From NCBI GenBank assembly GCA_043228905.1, contig JBHGNT010000002.1, positions 13,578,001 through 13,642,000 of the forward strand: a stretch of DNA of 64,000 bases, written 5' to 3'. The notes beneath the pieces are model-generated. The model did no database searches and was not told the origin of the DNA. It saw only the letters and a list, made by a program, of their open reading frames with translations. The DNA is from Azolla caroliniana. Lineage: Eukaryota; Plantae; Polypodiophyta. The position numbers and the translations under genes are program-made. Shown here in pieces: positions 51,275-62,746 of the stretch (the stretch's first letter is position 1; every line of letters begins with the position of its first letter).

Positions 51275-53960
51275 GTAGATTTAACATCCATTTGATATAT
51301 TTAACATTTGTGGCTAGCACAAAATGCTAATATGCATCTAATTGTTTTGAATTTAGCAGTAAAAGAGAAGGTCTCTTTATAACTAATGGAAGGAGAGTTT
51401 TTTTGGAAAAAAAGAAAGGAAAGAAGAAGAAGAAGAAAAGGTCTCATTATAATCACTACCTTCTTGTAGTTCATATCCTTTGGCAACTAATCAAGCCTTA
51501 TACTTATCCAAACTTCAATCTCCATTATATTTTATTTTAAAGATCCACTTGACAACAATTACCTTCTTATCAATAGGTCTATCTACTAAAACCCAAGTTC
51601 CATTCTTTTCAATTGATAGAATTTGAGCTTCCATTGCCTTTTTCCAATTTGGATTTCCAAGAGCTTATTCCACTGATTTTGGTACTTTCTCCCAACCATT
51701 AATGATGGTACTCATTAATGTAAGATTACCTTCTGCAATTGATAATTTTGACTTACTTCTTGTGTACCTTTCTTGATTATCATTATCTTGAAACTTTGTA
51801 GATCTGAAGCACTTGAATTTTGTATAATCTAAAGTAAACTTTAGCCATCTTGGTGAAGGACGTTGTGATTGAGACTAAGTAGGTATAGGCTTTTGTTATA
51901 ATATCTTTTTCAAATAAAGGAGATCTAGAAATACTAGATGGAGATGGTGAAGTTGAGAGTTCCATTCTTCCATTGCCTTTTCCATAAAATCATTGCCTTT
52001 TCCAATTTGGATTTCCAAGAGCTTCAACCATTGACTTTGGTACTTTCTCACAATCATTACTGATAGTACTCATTAATGTAAGATTAACCTCTGCAATTGA
52101 TAACTTTGACTTACTTCTTGTGTACCTTTCTTTATTATCACTTTCTTGTAACGTTGTAGATCTCAATCACTTTAATTTTGTATCATCTAACATTGACTTC
52201 AGCCATCTTGGTGGAGGACGTTATGACTGAGATTAAGAAAGAATTGGATTTTGAGTAGTAGATGAACTATTAAAAGGAGTTATAGTATCTTTTTCCAAAA
52301 ATAGGAGATTTAGAAATAATAGATAGAGATGGTGAAGTAGAGTAAATTGGGAAGGAAAAGTAACATCGAGATCATCTTCATATTCACCCTTAAGGATTGC
52401 TTCATCAAAGATAACATCCCTACTTATTACGATTTCTTTCTTTGTTGGGTTCCACATTTTGTAAGCTTTATACTATTAAGAACTATATCGAACAAATATC
52501 ATCTTTTGGGATTTTGAATCCACTATCTTTCTTAGATGGTCTAGAATATACACATAAGCAACACAACCGAAGACTTTAAAATAAGAAACTGATGGCTTGT
52601 GACCAAAGAAAACTTCTCAAGGAATTTTATCTTGTAAAGCTTTAGTTGGAATACAGTTGAGTGTATGCATTGAAGTATTGACAGTTTCTCCCCAAAATTC
52701 TTTTGAAAGTTATGCATAGCAAATCAATGATGTTGCCATTTCTATAGATGTTCTGTTTCTTCTTTCTACAACTCCATTTTGTTGAGGAGAATACGGAATC
52801 GTAAATTGCCTTTTGATTCCCTTCTTGCAAAAAGCATTGAATCTATCATTTACAAACTCCTTTCCATTATCTGTTCTTATTAACTTCAAACTAAAAACTT
52901 TGAGTTTCTGCCATGGAACACCATTCTTGAAAACAATCAAACACTTTAGACATTGCTTTTAGCATAAAAACCTAAGTCATTCTAGAAAAACCATTGATCA
53001 CTAACATGAAATAGTTATGATGACCACGCAACTTAGGAGAAATTGGACCATGTAAATCCATATGAACCAAATTTAATATTCTAAGTGAGCTTCATGAGGC
53101 AAAGAAGCAATATGTTGTTTCCCTTCTTGGCAAGCCTCACACGATTTGCTTACTTTGAGCAATGTGGAAGTCCTTTTACCATATACTTCATTCTCGAGAG
53201 AGTTAGATATGGTACATGCCCTAACCTAGCATGCCACCAAAACAATTCTTGGTTGTCCACAGAATTCATAGAATTCAGATAGCTTGCAAATATCTAAAAA
53301 TCAGACGACTCCTTAGATTGCACATTGAAATTCTTCATATAATGCAAGTCTCCCTTTCGTTGTCCTTTTGGAATGATGTAACCTATATCTCTAGAAACAA
53401 ACGTACTGATTTAGTATCAAAGTAAATGCCATAACCTTTATCCATGATTTTCGCTACTTATAACAAGATTTTAGATAGTTTAGGCACATACATGATATTC
53501 CTAATTTTAATATCAAAATTTTGTAATGGAATATTAGCATCACCTTGAGACTATGATTTAATACTAGTTGCAACAATAGGAGTACATAACTCCTCTTTAT
53601 TTTGTAAAATATTGTTATCATTAGTCATGGTTAGTAGCTCCATTATCTACCATCCATTCAAATTTCATGAATTTTTGGATCAATGATTAGTTTTCTCAAC
53701 CATTCCAACTTTAGTCTTATTTTTCATAACTGATGACGCTTACCTTTGCCATCATTGATTTGGAAATCCCTCTTTTTCTTGAGGCAATTTGGCGCTATGT
53801 GACATTTCTTACCACAATTGTGACAAGTAATATCCTTATGTGGATTCTTCTATTTGGAATCATTTTGTTAAAAGGAGATTTTTGTTGCAATGGATGATTC
53901 TCCATCAAGGCATTTTTGTTTCTTTTTCCTTGAATCTTTTGAAGTAAACACTTTTCTAAA
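50380..53960 (-). pseudogene. Old AT-rich Ty1/copia relic (gag to RNase H) containing a (TA)n tract and an internal duplication
   Basis: IRTDNGKEF, PYSPQQNGVVERRNR, ISRDVIFDE, KETFS.TAKFKTIR. (TA)n at about 51203-51270. About 51625-51960 is repeated at about 51990-52330. Confidence 0.75.
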
Positions 53961-54003
53961 GTAGTGTTACAAAAGATTCGAGAGATGATGTAGACTTTTG
54001 AAG

Positions 54004-54390
54004 TGTTAAGGTGATAGAGTTTAATCTTAATGTAAGCATATGACAAGGAAATAATAGATAGATAGATATGAAAGGAAAGAGAAAGAAGGGTGCCGATCCA
54101 CCCGACCACTCCTGAAAGAGGGGATCAAGACGGACTCAAGCCTCGATCAACGTCCCATACCACCACCTTGGCATCAAGTCTTACCTGGTACTAGTGCGCT
54201 GCTCGCTACAAGAGTTTGATCACCATACGATAAGAGTCTTGACGTAGTCGAATGATGTGTTTAATGAGGGTAGCTAGGCCTCATATTTATAGCCAAACTT
54301 GAGGCCCCCAGACAAGTTCACAGTTGGCCCTTATGGGTTGTCTCAATTTCTAGGATTACAAGTAATCCTCCCTTCTTTACACTCTTGGTT
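54004..54390 (-). repeat. Partial chromovirus LTR, inverted relative to the one at 62337
   Basis: Its reverse complement matches about 62420-62560 (AAGAGTGTAAAGAAGGG...GTTTGGCTATAAATATGAGGCCTA). Confidence 0.7.
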
Positions 54391-54494
54391 TTGTTACGAA
54401 GGCGCTACGAATCTTCTTAGTGCACAACGGACACATGATGTGCAGGATCGTTTGTGTTCAAGGGAGAAAGGGAAGGGGGAAGTGAACTCACCTC

Positions 54495-54800
54495 TGTAAC
54501 AACCCAAAACTTTTTGTTTCATTACGTAGAGAAACCTCTCTCGTCTGTCTTCTTCTTCTCTTCTTACTTCACTCTCCTACTAACCCTTACTATTTTACCT
54601 AAGTATATAAGTGACTTACATATTTAGCTAATTAGTTATGAATAGTTAAATAGTTGTGGATAGCTAAATAGTTGTTTTACGTATATGTCCAATAGTAGCT
54701 AATTCCCTTATAGCTACTATAGAAGATCTCAGTTACCAATAAGCATCACATGCTTTTGTTGAGCTTGTTTCTTAAAACTCCCCCTCAAGCTCAACTTATC
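54495..54800 (-). mobile_element. Copia family A 3' LTR/PPT remnant
   Basis: CTCCCCCTCAAGCTCAAC at about 54778-54795 matches the PPT junction at 39939-39956. Left boundary uncertain. Confidence 0.5.
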
Positions 54801-57064
54801 CATTCTTGAGATCATCTTTAGTCGTCTTTCCTTCATGCTTTCCAAGTCTCATACCAATGCTTATAACTCCCATCACATCTCTAAATTGTGTATGTTTTTC
54901 TATGCTCATGTTAAAGGATTGTGCTGAAAAAGGTTCCTTCAAAACCTTTTTATGTTGAAACCGATGCAAGTGATTATGCTATAGGTGTTGTCTTATATCA
55001 AGATGGTAAACCAATAGCATTTGAGAGTAAGAAACTTGATTCTGCTCAGTGTCGGTTCAAGAAAAGGAATTATCTGCGGTTATTAATGCGCTCAAGACAT
55101 GGCACCATTATCTTTATGGAAATCGTTTTGTGGTAACTATGGACCACGAGTTCATGAAATATTTTTGTAACCAACAAGACCTGAAAGGTCGTAAGGCACG
55201 ATGGGCATATCTCATCCATGATTTTGATTTTTCCATACGATATCGTAAAGGTTCCAGGAACACAGTCGTTGATGCGCTAAGTCGCATTCGTGAAGTTAAC
55301 ATGCTTAACTTCACTAAAATAACATCAGATCTTTATGGTCACCTTCGAGGAAAGTATCCTGATGACAGTTATTTTGCGAAATACTAGGAAAGCGTTGAGT
55401 CTAGAACAGACACCACCACATCCTCAAAGGAATACTTCCACATTGCTAACACATGCTCTACCGTAATGGGAAGGTTTGTGTTCTAAATTTGCCTGAGGTC
55501 AAAAAGAGAATTCTTTTTGAATGTCACAATGCACTCTCAACAGGGCACTCTAGAATACATCGTACACTCGTTCTTAGCTCCAATCAATTATATTGCCCTA
55601 AGATGCGACTTGACATACATAATTATGTGACAAAATGTCACCAGTGTTAGGATAACAAAGCCGAGCGACTTAAAGTTGTTGTACTTTTACATCCCTTGGA
55701 CATTCCCAATAATAAATGGGAAAATATATCCATGGATTTTATTGTTAGCCTTCCTCGCACCCAAAAAAGGTCATGATGCCATCTGGGTTGTGGTTGATCA
55801 ACTAACTAAAATGATCATATTTATTGCTACTAAAACCATGGTAACAATGCTTGAACTGGCTTACCAATTCATTGACGAGTTATTTCGTTTTTATGGGTTA
55901 TCGATGGATGTCATGAGTGATCGAGATCCAAAGTTTACTAGCGACTTTTGGACGCAAGTCTTTAAGAAGTTAGAAACTACATTGAGCATGAGCTCCACGG
56001 ATCATCCTCAATCCGATGGACAAAAAGAACGAGTAAATCAAATTATTGAGGACATGCTCCATGAATATGTTGGTACAAAACCAACAAAATGGGAATGCTA
56101 TGTCACAATTTTGGAGTTTGCTTATAATAGCTCCAAACATACATCGACGGGATATAGTCCTTTTATGTTGATGTATGGTTTTCAGCCACAAGCCCCGATT
56201 GATGTTAATATACATCATGATGAATTGCGAAGTACGCAAAACTTTCTTCAGGATATGCAATATATGTTGCATATTGCATGAGATAATATAAAAACAGCTC
56301 AAGATAGAGCTTGTTTTTATGCCGATCATAATAGGCAACCTTGTGTATTCAACCCTGGACAAAAGGTATTTTTACATGTACCTCACAATTCTAAGACATT
56401 GTCTACGGGTAAGTGCGCTAAGTTAGTCCTACGGTTTTGTGGACCTTTTACAGTCCTCAAACGCATTGGTTCATTAGCCTATCGTCTCGCTCTTCCTTAT
56501 GACATTGAAATCCATCCAGTTTGTCATGTAAGTTGTCTAAAAGAACATCTAGGTTCTGGTGACAATACAGTTACAACTAAAACTCTAGTTACTTCTGAAG
56601 AATTATCTTCTAAACTGTTGCGAATCAACGCTCCGATTCGCCTTCACCGTTCCGGCCACAACCGAGAAATCGCGAATCAATGCAGTAGAAAATAGGAAAC
56701 ACAGAGAGAGACACGATAACACAGGGATTAACGTGGAAAAACCCTAAACGGGAAAAAACCACGGGAGTACAAGACTCCAAACCAACACTATACAGAGAAG
56801 TATACAATGGCGAGCTGCAAGGCGACGACCTTGAGCTCGCTGTCCTCGCCACAGGCGGCGGTAATACACAGAGGCAACGACCTCCTTGTTTCTCTCACTC
56901 TCTCTCTCTCGGCTGCTCTCACTTCGCTCCCTCTAAGTGAAAACAGAAAATGAGCAGCAACACTAAACTGTTTGCCCTAAGTCATATTTATACACATATG
57001 ACTTTCGGACTATTTACACATATAGCCTCAAGGGCTCTTGGCAAACATATTTATAAATATGTCC

Positions 57065-57250
57065 CCGCATCCGGATCTCTCTCCGGGTACATTCATCATC
57101 CGGCTCCGTAGCCGGGTCTTCGTCATCCGGATCCGTATCCGGGTACTTCATCATCCGGATCCGTATCCGGGTACTTCATCATCCGGATCCATATCCGGGT
57201 TCTTCATCATCCGGAGAGTGCGCTCACCGGACCTGTATCTTCATCCGGTT
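57065..57250. repeat. CCGG-rich tandem repeats of about 28 bp in the element 9 LTR (copy at about 61885-62075)
   Basis: Units of CATCCGGATCCGTATCCGGGTACTTCAT and variants. Confidence 0.85.
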
Positions 57251-57331
57251 CCGTAACCATAACCGGGCTTGCCGTCATTCATCTCCGGACATCCCATCCG
57301 GAGGGACCGAAAATCCCAACAAACTCCCCCT

Positions 57332-60300
57332 TCACTTCGGCATGGGATGTCTCTCCAGTCCGACCCTCTTCCGGCACGCTTCCAGCTTGTCGGGTGTGAG
57401 CACTTTGGTCAGCATGTCTGACCCGTTCTCGTCCGTGTGGATCTTCGTCAGCACGAACTCCTGGTCTTCTATCCTTTCCCGGATCCAGTGATATCTTCGC
57501 TGGATGTGCTTCGTCCGGGAGTGATAGGCCGCGTTCTTCGCAAGGTGGATGGCACTCTGACTGTCGCAGTAGAGTCGGTATTCCTCCTGCCGGACACCGA
57601 GCTCTCTAATGAAGTCCTTCATCCATATTATTTCCTTGCCGGCTTCAACAGCCGCCATGTACTCCGCCTCCGTGGTTGACAACGCAACCGTCTTCTGCAG
57701 CCTCGACTGCCACGAAACAGCTCCCCCTGCATACGTCATCACATACCCTGATGTGGACCGGCTGGTATCTGCATCAGCCGACATATCCGAATCGGTGAAG
57801 CCGTCGAGTTCGGGCTTACCGGAGCCGAATCGGAGGCACACGTTTGCCGTGCCCTTCAGGTATCGGAGTATCCACTTGGCCGCGTTCCAATGCTCTTTGC
57901 CGGGATTGCTCATGTACCGGCTCACCACTCCGACTGCATATCCTATGTCCGGTCGGGTACACACCATCGCGTACATCAAGCTCCCGACGGCAGAGGCATA
58001 TGGTACTTTCATCATGTCCTCCTTCTCAACCTTTGTCTTGGGACTTTGCTTGCTGGACAGCTTGCAGTTTGCCGGGAGAGTCGACCCGACTGGTCTTGCT
58101 TCCGACATGTTGAACCGGTGAAGCACCTTTGTCACGTACTTCTCCTGTGACAGCCACAACTGCTTCTTCTTCCGGTCCCGGATTATATGCATCCCCAGTA
58201 TTTGCCTCGCCGGACCCAGGTCCTTCATTGAGAAGGTTCGGTGAAGGGCCTTCTTCAGCATCCGTATCTTGACCTGGTCCCGTCCGACGATCAACATGTC
58301 GTCCACGTACAGGAGGAGTATTAGAGAGTCTCCTCCTTCGAACTTCTTCACAAACACGCAGTGATCGGACTGCGTCTTGTGGTACCCTTCGTCGGTCATG
58401 AAGGAGTCGAACTTCCGGTACCACTGCCGGGGAGCCTGCTTCAGACCGTAGAGGCTCTTCTTCAACCGGCATACCAGGTGCTCCTTCCCTTTCTTCTCGA
58501 ATCCTTCCGGTTGCTGCATGTAGATCTCTTCTTCGAGGTCACCGTGAAGGAATGCCGTCTTCACGTCCATCTGTTCTACCTCGAGGTCCATGCTTGCCGC
58601 TATGCTCAGCACCGTCCGGATGGAGGTCATCTTCACTACCGGGGCAAATATCTCGTCAAAGTCGACGCCCTTCTTCTGCTGGAACCCCTTCACCACGATC
58701 CTGGCTTTGTATCTCGGGGGGTTTCCGGCATCTCCCGGTTTCAGCTTGAACACCCACTTGTTTCGAAGTGCCCGCTTTCCTTTCGGCAACTCCACAAGTT
58801 CATATGTGTGGTTCTCATGCAGGGAATCCATCTCCTCCTGCATGGCACTTAACCACCTGCGGCTATGTGTGTCAAGCTCTGCTTCTTCAAAATTCTCTGG
58901 CTCCCCCTCGTCGGTTAGCAGCACGTGCTCTGGTTCCGGAAATCTCCGGGGGGCCCTTCTCTCTCTTAGAGGATATCTCCGTTCCGGAGCTTCGGTAACC
59001 GTTTCTTCCGATTCTTCTTCATCCGAATCCATTTCGGGATCGGGGTCGGTTCCGGTATCATTTTCATCTTCTTCGGCCGGTTCTATTTCTTCACCGTCTT
59101 CGGCCGGATCCTCGAGTGCTAACCGGTCCCTTGCCGGTCGGGACTTCTCCTCGTAGAGTTGATCCTCACCGGTCGACTTGGAGCTCTTCATCTTCTTCTC
59201 CGACTCCCAGTCGGCGAGTGTCTTGTCCTCCATGAAGATGATGTCTCGACTCCTGAATATCTTCTTGTCGACCGGGTCCCATACTCGGTAGCCGAACTCG
59301 TCGTCGCCGTAACCGAGGAATATGCATGGCCGGGTCTTTGGATCTAGCTTTCCTCTCCGGTCCTTTGCCACATGCACGTATGCGAGACACCCGAACACCT
59401 TCAGATGCCGGTAGGACACTTCCTTACCGGTCCACACTCTCTGCGGCGTGTCTCCGTCCAAAGGTACTGAGGGTGATCTGTTAATCACGTATGTCGCCGT
59501 CGACATTGCCTCAGCCCAAAACCCCTTGGGTAATTTCGCATGTGCCAGCATACTCCGGACCCTCTCCATTATGGTCCGGTTCATCCTCTCGGCCAGCCCG
59601 TTTAGTTCCGGCGTCTTCGGCACAGTAAACTCGAGCCGGATTCCCTTCGAGCGACAGTACTCCTGGAACTGCCCCCGGTATTCCCCTCCGTTATCCGCTC
59701 GTATCGCTTTCAGCTTCTTGCCGGATTCCCTTTCCACTCTCGCGTGGAGTTCTTTGAAGACGGACAATACTTGGTCCTTTGTCTTCAACGGTGCCGTCCA
59801 CAGCTTCCGGCTGTGGTCATCAATGAATGTCACGAAGTACTGGGCTCCGCCATGTGACTTCGTTTCTACTTGACACACGTCAGTGTGCACCAGCTCCAAT
59901 GGTGCGCTACGTCTCGTCGGTGGCCTTGAGTGGAAGGAGGTCCGGTTTTGCTTACCGGCCAGACAGTCGGTGCACTTCTCCAGGTGCACATGCTTCACTG
60001 GAATAAGGTTGTCTTCTGCAAGCCTCTTCATCCCCTTCTCACTCATGTGGCACAGTCTCTTGTGCCATAGCTCACCGGCAGTGTCAGCTGCCACGTTCAG
60101 CTCCTCCGGACATAGCCGGGAATTCATCAGGTACAGTGTGTTGACCTTCCGGGCCCGAGCTACTATCAAGCTCCCCTTGCTGAACTTCATGACACCGTTC
60201 TGGATGCTACCCGTGTAGCCTTCATCGTCTAGCCTCCCGGCCGAAATCAGGTTCAATCGAACCTCCGGAACGTGTCGGACATCCTTCAGCAGCATTTTGC

Positions 60301-61405
60301 ATCCGGTTGATGTCATCAGCCACACGTCTCCTATGCCGGCAATCCGGCATGTACCTTCATTTCCCATCCGGACACAACCATGCTCACCGGCTGTGTAGGA
60401 TGAGAAGTATTTCTTCTCCGGGGTCAGGTGGAACGACGCTCCGGAATCGACCACCCAGGTCATCTCTTCTCCGGCAAGGTTCAGCTCCCACTCTTCGGTA
60501 ATGAGCATGATCTCCTCTTCACTTGCCGCGAGTGCCGTCGTTCCTTTCCGGTCCTGCCCTCGCCGATCCGGACCTCTCCGGTCCGTGGCTCCCCGGTATG
60601 CACCGTTTCTCTCCGGTGACTTCTTCGAATCGGTGTCGTCGGCTCCGTTGTCCTTTCGGTAATGCCGACAATTCTTCCGGAAGTGCCCCGGCTTCCCACA
60701 GTGGAAGCATGCGGGCCTTCCTCTTGACTGCGACCGGGTCCCCGACTTCTCCCGTCTTTGCGGACTCCGGTTCCATTGTCTTCCCCGTTCCGATTCGGTA
60801 AGCAGCGCCTTCGAGTCGGAGGCCGGTTCTTTATCTCTCCGACGCGCTTCTTCGTTCAAAATACTTGTCTTTACCGTTTGTAAAGACAGGTTATCTTCGG
60901 TGCAGGAGGTGCTGAGAGTCACCACCAAGTTCTCCCAACTTTCCGGCAATGTACACATCAGAATGATGGCTTGCATTGCATCCTCCAGCGGGAACTTGAT
61001 CGCCGCAAGCTGGTTCACGAATCCCATGAACGTGCTTACGTGTTCCACCATACTCTCGCCGTCCCGGTACTTGAGGTTCACTATCTTCCTCATCAGGGAG
61101 GTCCGGTTCAACGCATTCTTCCTCTCGTAGAGGCCCGACAGCTTCTTCCACATCTCATATGCGTTGGTGTCGTTCGCCACATGTTGTAGGACGCTTACAT
61201 CGACATATTGTCGGATCGTCGCTACGGCTTTCCGGTTCAGGAGCTTCCACTCCGACTCAAGTACCCCTTTCGGTATTTCCGACCTGTCAATCGGTTCGTA
61301 CAGGTCCCGAACAATCAGAAGATCCTCCATCTTGATCTTCCAGTCGGCGTAGTTCTGCGCATTCAGCACCATCATCCCCGGCTGCCCGCTGCTGCCGCCT
61401 TCCAT
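57332..61405 (-). CDS. gag-pol: Complete copia Gag-Pol polyprotein (1357 aa from the first ATG after the PBS)
   Basis: CFHCGKPGHFRKNC, WVVDSGAS, HTDVC, RADNGGEY, NGLAER, QMDVK, YVDD, TDSD, TEAEY, YCDSQ, KHI all present without stops. Confidence 0.96.
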   Translation of the reverse strand: MEGGSSGQPGMMVLNAQNYADWKIKMEDLLIVRDLYEPIDRSEIPKGVLESEWKLLNRKAVATIRQYVDVSVLQHVANDTNAYEMWKKLSGLYERKNALNRTSLMRKIVNLKYRDGESMVEHVSTFMGFVNQLAAIKFPLEDAMQAIILMCTLPESWENLVVTLSTSCTEDNLSLQTVKTSILNEEARRRDKEPASDSKALLTESERGRQWNRSPQRREKSGTRSQSRGRPACFHCGKPGHFRKNCRHYRKDNGADDTDSKKSPERNGAYRGATDRRGPDRRGQDRKGTTALAASEEEIMLITEEWELNLAGEEMTWVVDSGASFHLTPEKKYFSSYTAGEHGCVRMGNEGTCRIAGIGDVWLMTSTGCKMLLKDVRHVPEVRLNLISAGRLDDEGYTGSIQNGVMKFSKGSLIVARARKVNTLYLMNSRLCPEELNVAADTAGELWHKRLCHMSEKGMKRLAEDNLIPVKHVHLEKCTDCLAGKQNRTSFHSRPPTRRSAPLELVHTDVCQVETKSHGGAQYFVTFIDDHSRKLWTAPLKTKDQVLSVFKELHARVERESGKKLKAIRADNGGEYRGQFQEYCRSKGIRLEFTVPKTPELNGLAERMNRTIMERVRSMLAHAKLPKGFWAEAMSTATYVINRSPSVPLDGDTPQRVWTGKEVSYRHLKVFGCLAYVHVAKDRRGKLDPKTRPCIFLGYGDDEFGYRVWDPVDKKIFRSRDIIFMEDKTLADWESEKKMKSSKSTGEDQLYEEKSRPARDRLALEDPAEDGEEIEPAEEDENDTGTDPDPEMDSDEEESEETVTEAPERRYPLRERRAPRRFPEPEHVLLTDEGEPENFEEAELDTHSRRWLSAMQEEMDSLHENHTYELVELPKGKRALRNKWVFKLKPGDAGNPPRYKARIVVKGFQQKKGVDFDEIFAPVVKMTSIRTVLSIAASMDLEVEQMDVKTAFLHGDLEEEIYMQQPEGFEKKGKEHLVCRLKKSLYGLKQAPRQWYRKFDSFMTDEGYHKTQSDHCVFVKKFEGGDSLILLLYVDDMLIVGRDQVKIRMLKKALHRTFSMKDLGPARQILGMHIIRDRKKKQLWLSQEKYVTKVLHRFNMSEARPVGSTLPANCKLSSKQSPKTKVEKEDMMKVPYASAVGSLMYAMVCTRPDIGYAVGVVSRYMSNPGKEHWNAAKWILRYLKGTANVCLRFGSGKPELDGFTDSDMSADADTSRSTSGYVMTYAGGAVSWQSRLQKTVALSTTEAEYMAAVEAGKEIIWMKDFIRELGVRQEEYRLYCDSQSAIHLAKNAAYHSRTKHIQRRYHWIRERIEDQEFVLTKIHTDENGSDMLTKVLTPDKLEACRKRVGLERHPMPK

Positions 61406-62746
61406 TTTCTGCACTGCCGTCGCTCTGATACCACTTTGTTGCGAATCAACGCTCCGATTCGCCTTCACCGTTCCGGCCACAACCGAGAAATCGCGAATCA
61501 ATGCAGTAGAAAATAGGAAACACAGAGAGAGACACGATAACACAGGGATTAACGTGGAAAAACCCTAAACGGGAAAAAACCACGGGAGTACAAGACTCCA
61601 AACCAACACTATACAGAGAAGTATACAATGGCGAGCTGCAAGGCGACGACCTTGAGCTCGCTGTCCTCGCCACAGGCGGCGGTAATACACAGAGGCAACG
61701 ACCTCCTTGTTTCTCTCACTCTCTCTCTCTCGGCTGCTCTCACTTCGCTCCCTCTAAGTGAAAACAGAAAATGAGCAGCAACACTAAACTGTTTGCCCTA
61801 AGTCATATTTATACACATATGACTTTCGGACTATTTACACATATAGCCTCAAGGGCTCTTGGCAAACATATTTATAAATATGTCCCCGCATCCGGATCTC
61901 TCTCCGGGTACATTCATCATCCGGCTCCGTAGCCGGGTCTTCGTCATCCGGATCCGTATCCGGGTACTTCATCATCCGGATCCGTATCCGGGTACTTCAT
62001 CATCCGGATCCGTATCCGGGTACTCTTCATCATCCGGAGAGTGCACTCACCGGACCTGTATCTTCATCCGGTTCCGTAACCGTAACCGGGCTTGCCGTCA
62101 TTCATCTCCGGACATCCCATCCGGAGGGACCGAAAATCCCAACATAAACCACATGTACCAGAAAGAATTCTTGATGTTAAAACAAAACATTCGCGTTCTA
62201 CAATAATTCGAGAATTTAAAATTAATTTGATGGATAAATCAATCAAAGAAGGCACATGGGAACACGAAAATACTCTTTAGAACTAACTTCCCTAACTTTC
62301 CATTGCAAGAGTGCAATGTTTTAAAGAGGGAGAGTATGTTACGGGCATGACAATATAATATTCTGTGGTGAGAATTTACTCGTAATATTCTATACACGTG
62401 GATAACGTGTGAGGGTTAAATAAGAGTGTAAAGAAGGGGAGGATTACTTTTAATCCTCGGGATTGAGACAACCAATTAGGCCACGAGTGAACTTGCCCAA
62501 GGGCCTTAGGTTTGGCTATAAATATGAGGCCTAAGTACCCACATTTGACACATTATCGAGTCGTACTTGGTGCTAGCACACTCGTTACAAGAGTTGACCC
62601 ACCACAAGAGTGTGCCACTTGCCACGTCAAACGCGCATTTTGTTGGATTGAGGCTAATCCTCGCCTATGATGTCACAGATGTTCGCTTCGTGTGCCATAA
62701 ACTGTGAAATCGTCGAGGAAGACCTGCATAAAGGCAAGTATGTATT

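Larger units (their letters stand above)
56616..62144 (-). mobile_element. Intact Ty1/copia, Tnt1/Tork-like (element 9)
   Basis: LTRs 61437-62144 and 56616-57321 nearly identical, perfect TSD TAAAC, Met PBS (61422-61433), PPT at about 57322-57335, single unbroken ORF. Confidence 0.97.
54930..62620 (+). mobile_element. Chromovirus 3' fragment (RH-INT-chromodomain-PPT-partial 3' LTR), interrupted by element 9
   Basis: ETDASDYAIG, SDRD, CGPF. The chromodomain resumes at 62145 (KPHVPERILD...EGTWE). LTR starts at 62337. Homologous to element 4. Confidence 0.88.

Noticed and set aside
57437-61516. Antisense ORFs over the intact copia
   Set aside because: Shadows of the GC-rich gag-pol codon usage.
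61406-61543. N-terminal 46 aa of the 1403-aa ORF call
   Set aside because: It lies in the LTR and PBS. The ATG at 61405 matches the start of the element 5 homologue (MEGG).
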